A DNA stretch of 64,000 bases from Octopus vulgaris (GCA_951406725.2 OX597821.1:109368001-109432000); one strand, 5' to 3'. Shown: positions 13,941 to 28,756, counted from the stretch's first letter. Notes: generated by a model from the letters alone, not told the origin. A program made the numbers and translations.

Positions 13941-14199
13941 TACATACAAACGCATACATGCAGACAGAGGAAGGTGTATAGGTGTGCATGTGTGCATGTG
14001 TATGTGTAGGAAAGTGCATGTCCATATCGTGTCTGAATTTTCCGTTCGTTTCTTGTGCTTCTGTTTAATTTATGAAACTTATATGGAACACACACACACA
14101 CACACACACACACACTCGTTTGTTATATGTATGTATCTATAAATACGTATCTGTATATGTATGCATATGTGTGTGTGAACGCCATCTTCTTTCTGTCTG

Positions 14200-14253
<54 letters not shown>

Positions 14254-14476
14254 CGTCTATCTGTCTATCTATCTATTTATCTATCTCTCTGTTTATCTAC
14301 CTATCTATCTATCTGTCTGTCTGTCAATCTATTTATCTATGTGTCTGTCTATCTGTCTATCTATCTATCTATCCGTCTATCTGTGTTTCTATCTATCTAT
14401 CTGTCTATCTATCTATCTATCTCTATCTATCTATCTCTATCTGTCTAACTATCTGCCTGCCTATCTATTTATTTAC

Positions 14477-14510
<34 letters not shown>

Positions 14511-15047
14511 GCTCATCAACTCCCTCACTATTACCAATCTTCAAACGTACACCCGTTTAGGTACGTATATACAATAAACATCCACAAATACATAACTTCA
14601 CACACACACGCACACACACACTCACACACATAACCACACGCAAGCATGTACACTCACACACACACAGTTCAGCTTTCCCATATGAAATGTTTGTTTACAT
14701 GGGTTTCATTGGCCATCCGCTCCTAAGTTCTGCATGTGTGTGTGTGTGTGTGTGTGTACGCTCGGCTTCCAGTCTGTTTCTACGTCTCCAACGCTTGCCA
14801 ACCGGTGCTGGTTTGCTTATGTCCTAGTACCGTGAAGGTTCGGCCAAAACTTGGTCCATAGAAATAAACGCTGAATTTCAAAATATAAATACGGATTTAT
14901 CGTGGCAAGACGAGGGTCTTGATTTGATCGGTTTAAACCCCATGAAAGATTGCTCCAGCATGGCCGTAGTCCAATGGTTGTAACAGCAATATAAAGAAAA
15001 TAAAAATTTCAGTGTGCGCGTGTGTTTGCCTATATATCTCTCAATTT

Positions 15048-15087
<40 letters not shown>

Positions 15088-15242
15088 CATACATATATAT
15101 ATACACAAACACACACACACATATATGTATATGTATATATATATATACATACATATATATATATATGTATATATATATGTATGTATATGTATATATATAC
15201 ATATATATATGAGAGAGTATGTATGTGAATAGATAGACAGAC

Positions 15243-15377
<135 letters not shown>

Positions 15378-15852
15378 CACGCACAAACGCAGGCAACCCT
15401 TCCCGTTCAAAATCAACACACCCGCATTTAAAGAAAAAAAATATGCTGCCGCACACACAGACACAGCGGAATCAAAGATAGCGAAATCCCATCACGGTAT
15501 TGGAGAAAGACAGACAGAGACGGGGGGTTATTAGAGAGAGTAAAAGAATAAGGAACTCCCTCCTACTCCAGTACTAAGTATGCTCGAGAACAGGGAGGAG
15601 AGTAAGAGGAGACTTAACAGCGAAACCATCAGCAGTTGTTATTGAAAGACTCTTCACTTCCGTGTGCGTGTGTTCGTGTTTATGTGTTTGTGTGTCGGTT
15701 AACGTTTGCCCTCGCGTCGGATCGTATAATAATCGAAGACATTCGAACCGTGATCATCCGTAACATTTAAGACTATTTTGTTAAGAGAAAAATGTATGTT
15801 TCCATGCATATTTATATATATATATGTGTGTGTATTTATGTATATATATTTT

Positions 15853-16150
15853 TGTGACCCCCTTCGGTCAGACACTGACCATGGGTTTGCACCTAGAGAG
15901 TTACCCTCTGAGGCACAAGTCTGAGCAAGGTTGTTTTTATGGAAGGCCAGCAGTCGCCCATGCATACCGGCCTCCACGTCACCGATGTTGTCCAAGGGAA
16001 AGGCAAGGGCCGATACAGCTTGGCACCTGTGACGTCGCAACTCATTTCTACAGCTGAATGAACTGGAGCAACGTGAAATAAAGTGTCTTGCTCAAGAACT
16101 CAACACGCAGCCCGGTCCGGGATTCGAGCTCATAACCTCACAACCTCACG
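15853..16150 (-). mobile_element. CORE-type SINE (family D)
   Basis: B-box-like GCTCGAATCCC followed by CORE-like TTCTTGAGCAAGACACTTTATTTCACGTTGCTCCAG. Related partial copies at ~32740-32930 (+) and ~45350-45450 (-). Confidence 0.7.
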
Positions 16151-17141
16151 CGCCATATACACATATATGTATAAATACATATATATAGATATATATGTGC
16201 ATACACTCACACACACATATTGGTTGACTCTAGAGTGGTAGGTATGTACTTCTGACATTTGCAGATCCTTCGAGACCAGTAAAATTGATGCTATTACCGT
16301 TTTTCTTCAATGGTTCCAACACGAAACCTGTGTAGTGTAGGAGCGGGGCAAACATGTGCGGGCAGGGATTCCAGAAGGAGGTTGGGTCGGAGTAAAACGA
16401 GGTCTAGTGTTTGTTTGGCTAGTGCAGGGCCTGAGGTCCTGGATACAATCAATGTGGGTGATAGAAGAAAAGAGAAATGGATGATGATGTGTGTATTTGA
16501 GTTGAAGGTGACACAAACCAGCGAATTCTAGGAAGTAGAGGTAACTGTGTCATAATCCCAAAATCAGAGAAGCATGTCCTGGGGCTGTGGTTTTTGAGAC
16601 GGGTCACACCGGACTTGGGTAAAATATGGCTCTTAGGTTTTCCACTAGTTAGGATTCTCTCCTAAAAGGCTTATGAGTGTATGAAAACTGTTACACATCC
16701 CTACCGAACACTCATAGATTTTTGGGGTTTGGGGAAGGCCTTTGCTACAACGTGCCAAACCTAATAGCCACATCTGGTTCTGTTGGAGATTGGTGACTGA
16801 ATTCATGTTAAATCTGTGAAGTGGCATTTCTAGAGATGCGGTCAAGGTTGGATTTCGACGAGAAACTTTGCAAGGCAAAATACATGGTCGCTACCCGATT
16901 CTAGTTGGCTGGGAGATGTCTTCACAAAATTCATAGAAGCTGAGGGGCAATTCTTTCCCTGCAACCCTCTTTATGTATGTATGTATGTATGTATGTATGT
17001 ATGTATGTATGTATGTGTGTGTGTGTGTGCATGTATGTATCTACCTATCTGTATCTTCGTCTTTTTCTCATGGCGGGCCCGTTAGATACACAACGAAGCA
17101 CCCGTTGGCTTACAGAATCCCAGACATTTATATGTGTGTGT

Positions 17142-17241
<100 letters not shown>

Positions 17242-17350
17242 CATGGTTCCATAGATGGTGGAAATGCTCCATGCGGGACCTCGCATGAGATCTCAAGAGA
17301 GCCAGTAACGAAGACCCGTCTTTGTTGCGCAGATTTTTCGCTTATATTAA

Positions 17351-17571
17351 CCCCTTAGTGTTCAGATTACTCTGTTGAATGTAATGCTTTTTCACTCAAA
17401 TTGTTTTGAATAAATCATGCATTATCTTAAAGCATTGCGGTTTCAATGATGTGATTGTTTATTTTTAGAATGTCAATGCAGGTTAGGTGTGAGAGGCTGG
17501 ATATGGCCAGTTTCAATATAAAACATGTAGAATATATTGGGCCAGATTTGGCCGGTTTAAGCACTAAAGGG
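17351..17571. mobile_element. piggyBac-like MITE
   Basis: TTAA|CCCCTTAGTGTT ... AGCACTAAAGGG|TTAA: TTAA target duplication, CCC/GGG ends, 10/12 TIR match. Confidence 0.75.
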
Positions 17572-18107
17572 TTAAATGCTTGGGTTCGTAAAGGTTGGCC
17601 CATGATAATGATGTGGGCCAGGGCAACGCAAAGACATCTGGCAGCTCAGACAAGACACCTATAATGCCCCAGGATGAGGAATCCTCTCTAAATTGTGTGT
17701 TTATATATGTCCTTGCGTTTGTAAAACTCTCCTTGGTGGATGCCCCGGTGTTAGTTTATTTACGTTCTTGAAACTTAGTTGTTCAGTAAAACAGACCAGT
17801 TGAATAAGTCCCCCATACTTTAAAAATTAAGCGTTGGGATCGACTAAACCCTTCAAGCGGTGCTACTGCCTGGCCGCAGTCCAATGACTAAATCCAGTAG
17901 AAGATAAATGAAGTGTGTGTGTGTGTGTGTGTGTATGTATGTGTGTGCGTGTGTGTGTGTGTTTGTGTGTGTAATTGCGATAATGTACCACATTGAACAA
18001 GAGGATTCCTAATACAGTTGCTTGATCTGTTCGAAATAACGGCCAAGTCCCTCTCTCTAAAATTGACCTTCAACACAACCGCGCGCACCCACGACCACAA
18101 ACATACA

Positions 18108-18176
<69 letters not shown>

Positions 18177-18179
18177 GGT

Positions 18180-18298
18180 CCGCATGGTCCCGGGTTTAGT
18201 CCCACTGCGTGGCACCTTGGGAAAGTATCTTCAACACTGGCATCGGTCCGACTGAACCTTTGCGAGTGGATTTCGTAGACGGCAATTGAAAGCGCGCC

Positions 18299-18349
<51 letters not shown>

Positions 18350-18745
18350 TATATATATACATATGTGTATGTGTGTGTGCGTGTGTGTACGTGTGTGTGT
18401 GTGTGTGTGTGGTGTGTGTGTACATACATATATATATATATATACACGGCGTGCTTTCAATTGCCGTCTACGAAATCCACTCGCAAAGGTTCAGCCGGCC
18501 CGATGCTCTTGTTGAAGATACTTGCCGAAGGTGCCACGCATCTATATATATTTGTGTGTCTTTGTTTGTCCCGTCGCCATTGCTTAACAACCGATGTTGG
18601 TGTATTTAAGAATCCGTAACCTGGCGGTTCGGCAAAATTGGACCGATAGAATAAGTACTAGGCTTACAAAGAATAGGTCCTGGGGTCGATTTGATCGACT
18701 AAAGGCGGTGCTCCAGCATGGCCGCAGTAAAATGACCGAAACAAA
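18180..18745 (+). mobile_element. SINE family A copy with internal inverted duplication
   Basis: Family A head and tail present; 18206-18300 is repeated in inverted orientation at 18446-18540. Confidence 0.8.
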
Positions 18746-19209
18746 TAAATTATATATATACACACGTATATGTATACACACACACACACACACGCGCGCG
18801 CAACTGAATAATGTAATTTCCTTGGTCTACCGATGGGATAGTCATGACTAGAACAACCTTGCTCTTCAGTCTCCTTAATCAGAACTGGTCTATGGTTGGG
18901 AGTAGAGCTAAGAGTCACCGACCACGGGCCGCTGTGTGCGAATGTATATGTATGTATGCGCGCATGTGCGCGTGTGCATGTGCGTGTGTGCCATGCGTGT
19001 GTGCAATGCGTGTGTGCAGGCAGGTATATGCAAGCGATTACAGATTATCCAGAGAGCTAAGCTCGGAGTGAAACCGGCGCGAACACACAGACACACAGCG
19101 ACGAGGCTGTAAATGATGGGGGAACGGGGTAGAGCGAGATGGATGTGTGTGATGTCACAGAGGTGGATGACTAGAGTGGTGGGCTGAGGTTAAGATACGG
19201 GTAGCGTAA

Positions 19210-19240
<31 letters not shown>

Positions 19241-19439
19241 GGTGGTGGTGGTGGAGATGTGTGTACTTAAGAAGCTCGCTTTGTAACCACGAGGTTTCGT
19301 GTTCGGTCCCACTCAGCGGTAATCTTGGTCAGCTGTCTTCTAGTTTAGTCTCGGTCCGACAGACAAATGGATGCCTTGCTAGTGAATTTTTTATACGGAA
19401 ACTGCGTGGAAGCCTCTCCTTAAGTTCAGTATCTTTAAA

Positions 19440-20910
19440 CGGTAGCGTGTTGTGTCCTTGCTTACAAACCACATGGTTCTGGGTTCAGTCCCACTGCGTG
19501 ACACCTTGGGTAAGTGTCTTCTACTATAGCTTCGGGCTGACCAAAGCCTTGTGAATGGATTTGGTAGACGGAAACTGAAAGAAGCCAGTCGTATATATAT
19601 ATATACTAGCATTAATGACCCGTCGTTGCCGGGTCATAGTGCTAGTGCATGTATATATGTGTATATATATGTGTACATATTACATGTACATCTATATATA
19701 TACATCTACACATAAAATACAAAATACAAAGTTGTATCTTGATATCGCTATTGAAAACAATACTCAAAATATATAACAGACTGGAATTGTTAGCCCGTCT
19801 CTTGTAATTTCGATCAATTGTATCTTGTCCTCCCTCTTGTATAGAAGTGTGGCTACAATCCAGCCTACCTCTACTTCTGGGGGGGGGGGCACTTTTAATT
19901 TGTTTCCGGGACGTCCTACGTCCCAGATATAAAGGTAAAAATAAAATATTTCCCCTTTGCAAGTTCGAGTCGAGTACTCCCTTGCACACTCCGTTGACTC
20001 GAACCTTGCTTCAATTGTGGCGAATTTACCGCCTCTGATTAAATACCTTTCATAGTCGCACCAAGACACTTTTCGAAGGTGCTTAACTCCATGTGTTCAA
20101 ATCTTTTTTCTCTACATTGTATACTTTATAGACAATAGTCTTTTCTTTAATTTAATTTTTTATTATCCATCTGAACTATTCCATTTCTGCAAGCTAATTT
20201 TAATTTTAATTTATTCCTATTCATGTGAAACCACTTATTCAAGTTCAAGACATTGATGCAATTTTATACCAATTGCTATTTTTACTTTTGTTATGTTACG
20301 ATGATATTATACTTTAGTTTGATTTTAATTATTACTTACTACATATAATTCAATTGTTATTATTATTTTTATTGTTAAAGTGAAAGTATCTGACATAAAA
20401 TAGAGAAACGTTTTTGTTTCACTTTTAACACGTAATACTGAAATAGTGGAGAAGATATGATATTGCTATGGGCTCGCTCTAGGCAAGAAGTTGAACATTT
20501 TTTTTGCCGATGACACTCCCCGGACCCTAAGTAAGGCATGTATAAATTTTGAATGAAATTGGTTGTGTAGTTCTCAAGTTTTCGGGAAACACACAGATAG
20601 ATAGACAGACAGATAGACAGACACACATTCTCAGTTTTATATATATATAAAGATATATATATACATATGTGTGTGTCTGTGTGTGTTGTGTATGTGTATA
20701 TACGTTTGTGTGTCTGTGTTTGTCCTCCCAACATCGCTTGACAACCGATGCTGGTGTGTTTACGCCCCTGTAACTTAACGGTTCAGCAAATAAGACCGAT
20801 AGAATAAGTACTAGGCTTACAAAGAATAAGTCCTGTGGTCGGTTTGCTCGACTAAAGGCGGTGCTCCAGCATGGCCGCAGTCAAATGACTGAAACAAGTA
20901 AAAGAGTAAC
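19440..20910 (+). mobile_element. SINE family A (tRNA head + CORE-like domain + LINE tail) interrupted by a Helitron
   Basis: GGTTCAGTCCCACTGCGTGACACCTTGGG head; GGCGGTGCTCCAGCATGGCCGCAGTCAAATGACTGAAACAAGTAAAAGAG tail. Confidence 0.85.
19606..20653 (-). mobile_element. Non-autonomous Helitron nested in the SINE (TA)n
   Basis: On the minus strand: 5' TC start at 20653, 3' hairpin ATGACCCG-N7-CGGGTCAT, terminal CTAG at 19609-19606. Confidence 0.7.
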
Positions 20911-21079
20911 AGAGAGAGGGTAAAAAGTTACTCCATTAGACACAGCTCCAATCTGCGCGGCCGAATATGAGTAACTAAAAACTACCTATATATGCGAACC
21001 GTTCTCCTCTCACTGACAGTCACATCCTCAATGTTCTGTTGTGTCGGGCACACTCGTCGCTATGGACAGCACCAGGCAG

Positions 21080-21450
21080 TGGAGGTGCACTGGCCCAGTG
21101 GTTAGGGCAGCTGACTCGCGGTCGGAGGATCGCGGTTTCGATTCCCAGTCCGGGCGTTGTGTGTGTTTATTGAGCGAAAACACCTAAAGCTCCACGAGGC
21201 TCCGGCACGGGGTGGTGGCAACCCCTGTTATACTCTTTCGCCCCAACTTTCTCTCACTCTTTCTTCCTGTTTCTTGTCCCCGACTTCCTACGCAACCGCT
21301 GAGGCTGGATGCGCATTCATCCATCCGTCGATGCTCTCGGTGTCGGGGGCTGACCTGCTTTCTCTTCTGTGGGTCTTATGAATAGCAAATGACCACGTTT
21401 CGGACTTCTTCCACTTGGACGAAGACCGCTTCGCTCAACAAACAAACGAA
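21080..21450 (+). mobile_element. SINE family B (tRNA-Arg-like head), tail type 1
   Basis: A box TGGCCCAGTGG, B box GGTTTCGATTCC, (AAAC)n end, 13-bp TSD ACAGCACCAGGCA. Confidence 0.85.
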
Positions 21451-21534
21451 CAGCACCAGGCACTACACCCACCCGCACTCACTATACAATGGTACACCCT
21501 GAGGTTTATGGAGAAACTCCACTTTAGCATTATT

Positions 21535-21910
21535 ACGAGTAGCGTGCTTACCAACCACACGGTTCCGGGTTCAGTCCCACTGCGTGGTACTTTGAGCAAG
21601 TGTCTTCTACTATAGACAAAAGAAAGCCTTGTGAGTGGATTTGGTAGACGGAAACTGAAAGAAGCTTGTCGTAAATATGTATATATGTGTGTGTGTGCAT
21701 ATTTTTGTATGTCTGTGTTTGTCCCCCCAACATCGCTTGACAATCGATGCTGGTGTGTTTACGTCCCCGTAACTTAGCGGTTCGGCAAAAGAGACCTATA
21801 GAATAAGTACTAGGCTTACAAAGAATAAGTCCTGGGAGTCGATTTGCTCGACTATAGGTGGTGCTCCAGCATGGCCGCAGTCAAAGGATTGAAACAAGTA
21901 TAAAAGAGTA
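21535..21910 (+). mobile_element. SINE family A
   Basis: Colinear with other family A copies. Confidence 0.85.
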
Positions 21911-22297
21911 AGTGCCCACCCACCTGGAATATTTTGAAGCACCCCCGGGAACTGGGCCTGGTGTGGGTTGTGTGTGTGTGGGGGGGGGGGCTGAATGCTA
22001 AGATGGATGCTTCCCAACCACGTAAAAGAACCATCTATACATTTATCTATCTATACATACACACACACACACACACATACATACATACATACATACACAC
22101 ATACATACATACATACATACATACATACATACATACACACATACATACATACATACATACATACATACATACACACATACATACATACATACATACATAC
22201 ATACATACATACATACATACATACATACATACATACATACATACATACATACACACATACATACATACATACATACATACATACATACATACATACA

Positions 22298-22328
<31 letters not shown>

Positions 22329-22334
22329 GTTTTG

Positions 22335-22548
22335 TTTGTTTTTCCAGTTTCAGCTCTTGAGCTGTGGCCATGCTGGGGCACCGCCATTGTGGTGAAAGAG
22401 TACAGCAGGGATCACCACCCCCTGCCAGAGCCTCGTAGAGCTTTTAGGTGTTTTCGCTCAATAAACACACACAACGCCCAGTCTGAGAATCGAAACCTCG
22501 ATCCTGCGACCGCGAGTCCGCTGCCCTAACCACTAGGCCATTGCGCCT
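22335..22548 (-). mobile_element. SINE family B head fused to CR1/L2-type tail
   Basis: B head through CTCTTTCACCAC, then GGCGGTGCCCCAGCATGGCCACAGCTC. Same arrangement at 38585-38805. Confidence 0.75.
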
Positions 22549-22852
22549 ATGTATATATATAAAATAACTAATTAATAAAAAAACATATGCATATGTACAT
22601 ACATATATATACGTACGTACATCTACATGTATATATACACGCATATATACAGGACAACAACAAAACAAACGTCGAACACAATGAGAAACGAAAACATAAA
22701 CACAAAACCAAAGAAATGGACATTTTTCTTTAAAAACTAAAAAAATAGAGCACAAAACATACAACAGAAGGAAAATTCCATTTTTCAGCCGCCTCTGTTT
22801 CATTTACTCCGCGTATTGAAGGCAAATATATATATATATATATATATATATA

Positions 22853-23251
22853 CTAGCAGTATCGCCCGGCGTTGCTCGGGTTTGTAAGGGAAATAACTAT
22901 ATAAGCATTTTTAGAGAGTTATAGCCAAAAAATAGCAAAAAAAATGCATTAAAGATGGAAAAAAAATGATGGTAAATTTTTTTTTTAAATCGTTGACTCA
23001 TCGTAGACATTTTTAGAGAGTTACTTCCCTTATATAATAGCGGAAAAATGCATTAAAATGGAAAAAAATGGTGGTAAATTTTTTTTAAATCGTAGACTCA
23101 TCGTAAATGCGCGCTAATACCCAGAAGGGCTCGATATAAATCACGACTATACGATACCCGGTTTTGGTTAAACTGCACCGCAAAATGTGGGAGTAGTTAG
23201 GAATCTAAATCGTAGGAGACAGACACACAACTTGACTTTTATATATAAAGA
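22853..23251 (-). mobile_element. Non-autonomous Helitron
   Basis: 5' TC start; 3' CCCGAGCAACGCCGGG hairpin then CGATACTGCTAG|T. Homologous to 37150-37788. Confidence 0.8.
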
Positions 23252-23749
23252 TATATATGCATATATAGGTACAGGACGTCACCAACAGTAAACAACATGA
23301 AATAAGAAAACAAACGTGATAAATACGCAAACAACGAGAGAAACAAATGGAAAATAGGACAAGTATCATAAAGAATGACCCTTGATCAGTTGTCGGCTGT
23401 CTATCGACTCCTCGTTTCGAGCATTCAACGACAATATGAGCCTTCGAAGACAGTTGCTCCCATAAATACCAAAATAAAATTTGGGATTGAAGGAGGGTCA
23501 AAGTTAGGAAAAGAAACGGGACAGTGGAGACATACAAGGAAACCGAACGAAAACAAACATGGATGGTTGTTAGACCAGAACGAAGGTAAAATAGCGAACG
23601 CTGGTGAAATATTTATAGACCATATTTAATCTCTGAGTGAGAGATAAATGGTAACGGTACTAATTGGATGATATCTTCCTGGCGCTGAAAACAACAGTAA
23701 CATCGTCCTCTATGGGGCCACCACATTTAGTCGGCAAATATATTTTACG

Positions 23750-23783
<34 letters not shown>

Positions 23784-23789
23784 ATATTC

Positions 23790-24190
23790 TTATATTCTTT
23801 TACGTGTTTCAGTCATTTGACTACGGCCGTGCTGGAGCACCACCTTTAGTCCGGCAAATCGACCCCCAGGACTTATTCGTTGTAAGCCTAGTCGTTATTC
23901 CATCGGCCTATTTGCCTAACCGCTAACTTACGAGGGCGTGAACATACCAACTTTGGTTGTCAAGCGATGGTGGGATGACACACAGACACACGAATACTTA
24001 TATACATACATACATATACACACAAACGACGGGCTTCTTTCAGTTTCCGTCTACCAAATCCTCTTACAAGACGTTGGTCGGCCTGAGGCTATAGTAGAAG
24101 ACACTTGCCCAAGATGCCACACAGTGGGACTGAATCTTGAACCATCTGGTTGGGAAGCAAGCTTCTTACCACACAGCCACTCCTGCACCT
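23790..24190 (-). mobile_element. SINE family A
   Basis: Full head and tail, reverse orientation. Confidence 0.85.
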
Positions 24191-24279
24191 ATTTATACAC
24201 ACACACACATATATGTGTGTGTGTGTCACACATATGTGTGTGTGTGAGTGTGTGTACATATATATATATATATATATAC

Positions 24280-24384
<105 letters not shown>

Positions 24385-24408
24385 ATATATATACATATAT
24401 ATATATAC

Positions 24409-24443
<35 letters not shown>

Positions 24444-25190
24444 CATATATATATACAATATATATATACATATATATATATACATATATATATATACACA
24501 CACACACACGCACACACACACGTACGATAGGCTTCTTTCGGTTTCTGTCTACCAAATCTACATACGAGGCTTTGGTCGATCTGACGCTGTAGTAGAAATC
24601 ATTGTACAAGGTGCCAGGTAGAGGGATTGAACTCGGAACTACTTGGTTAGGAAACAAACTTCTTACCACACAGCCACGCCTACGCCTAAGAAAATCGACC
24701 CCGATCCCGACCCCGCCGGCCTTCAATGAAATCCTCTTGCCCAAGGTTGCCGTCGTGCAATGAATGGGACCGAAGCCCAAATCACGTGACTGCAAAGCCA
24801 GCGTTCCGTCCTAGAACAGACCATGTGCGCATGAATAAAACAAAATAAAATAAAATAAAATGAAATAAAATAACTAGAGAAATAAATTAATAAGACATGA
24901 TGATCTCAAACGGAACCCTATTGATCATAGAGAGACCCTGGAGGGTTTCAACAATAAATATTTAAATGAATGCATTCGGGACACAGTAAGTCGCGATGGT
25001 TATGAACTGATAAGAAAGACAATATCAGTTAGCAAGTAGTCAGCTCAGTACATTACTGAACGCCCGCTTGTCATATCAATATTATTATTAACAGGTGTCT
25101 TTTAAAACGAAATAAACCTACAGATATGACAATAATCACGACATGTTTCCTTAGCTACCACTCAATGTTCAGTCTAATTTACCTACCTAC

Positions 25191-25272
<82 letters not shown>

Positions 25273-25281
25273 ATCTATCTT

Positions 25282-25312
<31 letters not shown>

Positions 25313-25339
25313 GCAGCCCTGTGTGGCCAATAAAGAAAC

Positions 25340-25406
<67 letters not shown>

Positions 25407-25582
25407 GTGTACACGCGTGTGGATGTGGGTGTATGTCTGAAAAGAAGTTTGCTTCCAAACCACATGGTTCCGGTTTCAGACCCACTGCGTGACACCTTCG
25501 GCAGGTGTCTTCTACGGTAGCCACGGGCTTGGCCAAAGTCTTGTGAATAGATTTGACAGTGGGAAACCGAAAGAAGCCAGTC

Positions 25583-25707
<125 letters not shown>

Positions 25708-25818
25708 GGTATGATGTGCAGAATTGAATATGTGTGCGTGTATGTGTGTGTGTGTGTGTATGTGTGCTTAGTCGAAATTTACAGAAAAACAAGACACAGA
25801 TAAGTGTATAAACAACAA

Positions 25819-25849
<31 letters not shown>

Positions 25850-26409
25850 CTCGTGCGTGCACACATGCACTCACACACACGCACACACACTTACGCACAC
25901 GCGCACACATATACACCCATATGTCGCCATCTTGGTTTTAACTTGGCCACAACACGATCACCAGGACGATCGTAAGAAATATCTCTATGCGAACATGAAA
26001 CCCAGAATCCCGACACATATTGTGGCATATTCTTAGCCCAAGACTTACACTTAAGTCCACTTCTCATTGTCAGACTTTAAAAAACAGCAGCCTTGCTCCA
26101 TCTGAATCATTTGAGGTCGTTCTAGAATGTCTGATGCCAGGAATTCTGTGTGCGACCGCTCATTTTTCCGCTTTTCTCTCTTCTTTTTATGTCTTTACCG
26201 TTGCAGTCTCTACATGCCACGCACTTGTCAGGGACAAATTTTGACATAAATAACACAACCGACGCAGAGACTTTGCCTTTCATCCTTTCGGGGTCGATAA
26301 ATTAAGTACCAGTTACGCACTGGGGTCGATATAATTGACTTAATCCGTTTGTCGGTCCTTGTTTGTCCTATCTATGTTTAGCCCCTTGTGGGTAATAAAG
26401 AAACAGAAA

Positions 26410-26640
26410 CAGATATTCTGTGGTGAGATTTCTCACACAGAAGGATTTCCAGACCATTTGTAATTCTATGTAATTCTCACCGCGTGTCTTTGAGGATCTT
26501 CCATGTGCATCGTTCGTAAAATAAATTGATTTCCTTGCTCACTTTGGTGCGTCTTTCCCATATTTTACAGCCATACAGAACCATTGGAAGAATTATGGAA
26601 TTTTTACATTTAATTGCCAAAACCTTTTTATTTTAATAAT
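26410..26640 (-). pseudogene. Degenerate RTE-like LINE ORF2 remnant
   Basis: Minus-strand translation ILPMVLYGCKIW...RC.WKIL resembles the LLYGCETW motif downstream of RTE reverse transcriptases. Confidence 0.45.
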
Positions 26641-27065
26641 GATGCATGTCGTTGGCTATATTTGGCACCATCGATGATTTGTCAAGTTTAGTAAAACATG
26701 AAAAAGAACTAGCAAAATTGAGCAAAAAAATGAACGCATTGTATGAGCGATACGTACGGAAGAAGTCATTATCTATACTGAAAATGAATTTCCTCTCTTT
26801 TACTCTCTTTCAGTCATTTGACTGCGGCCATGCTGGAGCACCGCCTTTAGTCGAGAAAATCGACCCCAGGACTTTTTCTTTGTAAGCCTAGTACTTATTC
26901 TATCGGACTCTCTTGCCGAACCGCTAAGTTACGGGGACGTAAACACTCGCATTGGTTGTCAAGCGATGTTGGGGGGACAAACACAGACACACAAACATAC
27001 ACACACACACACATATATACATACATACATACATACATACATACATACATACATACATACATACA

Positions 27066-27100
<35 letters not shown>

Positions 27101-27205
27101 GTGTGTGTGTGTGTGTGTATGTATAAGGATGAAAAGGAACACACGAGTTGATATATATGAGAAAACAAGTCAAGATAAAAAATGCTAAAATAATTTTATA
27201 AAGAA

Positions 27206-27252
27206 CATTTCAGGACCGGTTTCAGTCATTTGAGACCTTTTCAACTGTAACG
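27206..27252 (-). ncRNA. Minimal type I hammerhead ribozyme, U3-A8 variant, in a short (TA)n-associated element (~27165-27600)
   Basis: CGTTACAG-TTGAAAA-GGTC(TCAAAT)GACT-GAAA-CCGG-TC^CTGAAATG. Palindromic stem III ACCGGT, GUC cleavage triplet. Confidence 0.65.
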
Positions 27253-27803
27253 ATTAAATAATTAAATTTAGAAAAATTAAAAGAAGAGTTTTTTTAAAGA
27301 ATATTTGTATAGTGTTCAAATATAAGTGGCATTTTCCTTGTTTCTGCCTTTCTCTGTCTCTCTTGTTTACACTTGTCGGTTCGAGGTCGTTGTGAATTCT
27401 TGGTAGGGAAATAAAACAGAAATTATAAAAATTGAAAAGAGTCAAATAGAACAGATCCGTCAATTCAAATGTCCTTTTCACATTCCATCGTTACGGATTT
27501 CACTCTCCAGTTTAGGAGAAATTCTTCGCATCTTCCACGGCTACCGGACTGACCAGACATAAATATATTAATGATTAAATAAATAACTATGTAAATATAT
27601 GAATTATTGCAAACGCTAAATCAGGTATCGAGTAATCGATTTTCCGTTTGTTGAAAATATCGTACTTATTACGCTATTCTACCTCTGTCCGTCTATCTAT
27701 CCATCTATTTATCTATCTATATATCTATCTATCTATGTATCTTTCTGTTTGTCTGTCTATCTATCTATCTATCTATCTATCTGTTTATAGGTCTATCTAT
27801 CCG

Positions 27804-27903
<100 letters not shown>

Positions 27904-28639
27904 CATACCTATATATACATATATGTGTGTGTGTGCTTGTGTGTTTGTGTGTATGCATTCATGTGTCTGTGTGTGTTTATGTTTGTGTATAAGTGTGTAC
28001 GAACAAGATCGCATACAAAAACACATGCATATACACACACAAACACGTGTACATATATATTGACATCTTGACTTTTTCCCTTATTATGAATAAAAACTGA
28101 ATCAAGCAATGTACCACAATAGAATTAAGAGGAATAGTAGTTTATATTATTAATCAGACGGGTAGATGGGTAGGTACTACGGGTACATCTTGAAATGAGT
28201 TCATCATTTGTACTGCGTGACCCTCTCCTGACCGTTGTTTGTTTTTCATAATTGTTGATTCCGTATTTTTAGAGTGATAACAACAACAAGACTGACAGCA
28301 ACATCAACACCAGCAACAATAGCCCTGATTTATAGAGGATTAAATGATAAAGAACTTACTACTACTGCTACCCCTGTTTGTTGTAACAATAATAATTTCA
28401 AATTTTCACACAATGCCAGCAATGCTGGAGGAGTGGTAAGTCCGGATTACACTGACGACCCACGTGGTCAACTGCTACTTATTTAATCGACTACCGAAAG
28501 AATGAAGAGCGAAAGTGGACTTAGGCGGAATTTGAACTTTGTACGTAAAGGACGGAAGAAATGTCGCTAAGCACGGAATGCCGTTGAGATTCAGCCAGCT
28601 CCTTGCGTTAATGAGGATACAAATAATAATAATATTAAG

Positions 28640-28724
28640 AAGAAGGAGGAGGAGGGGGAGACGGAGGAGAATGACGATGAGGATGATGACGATGATGACG
28701 ATGAAGACGATGATGAGGATGATG

Positions 28725-28756
<32 letters not shown>

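Noticed and set aside
16210-16970. Unique-looking stretch with short ORFs
   Set aside because: No recognisable domain, termini or splice structure; probably a decayed TE.
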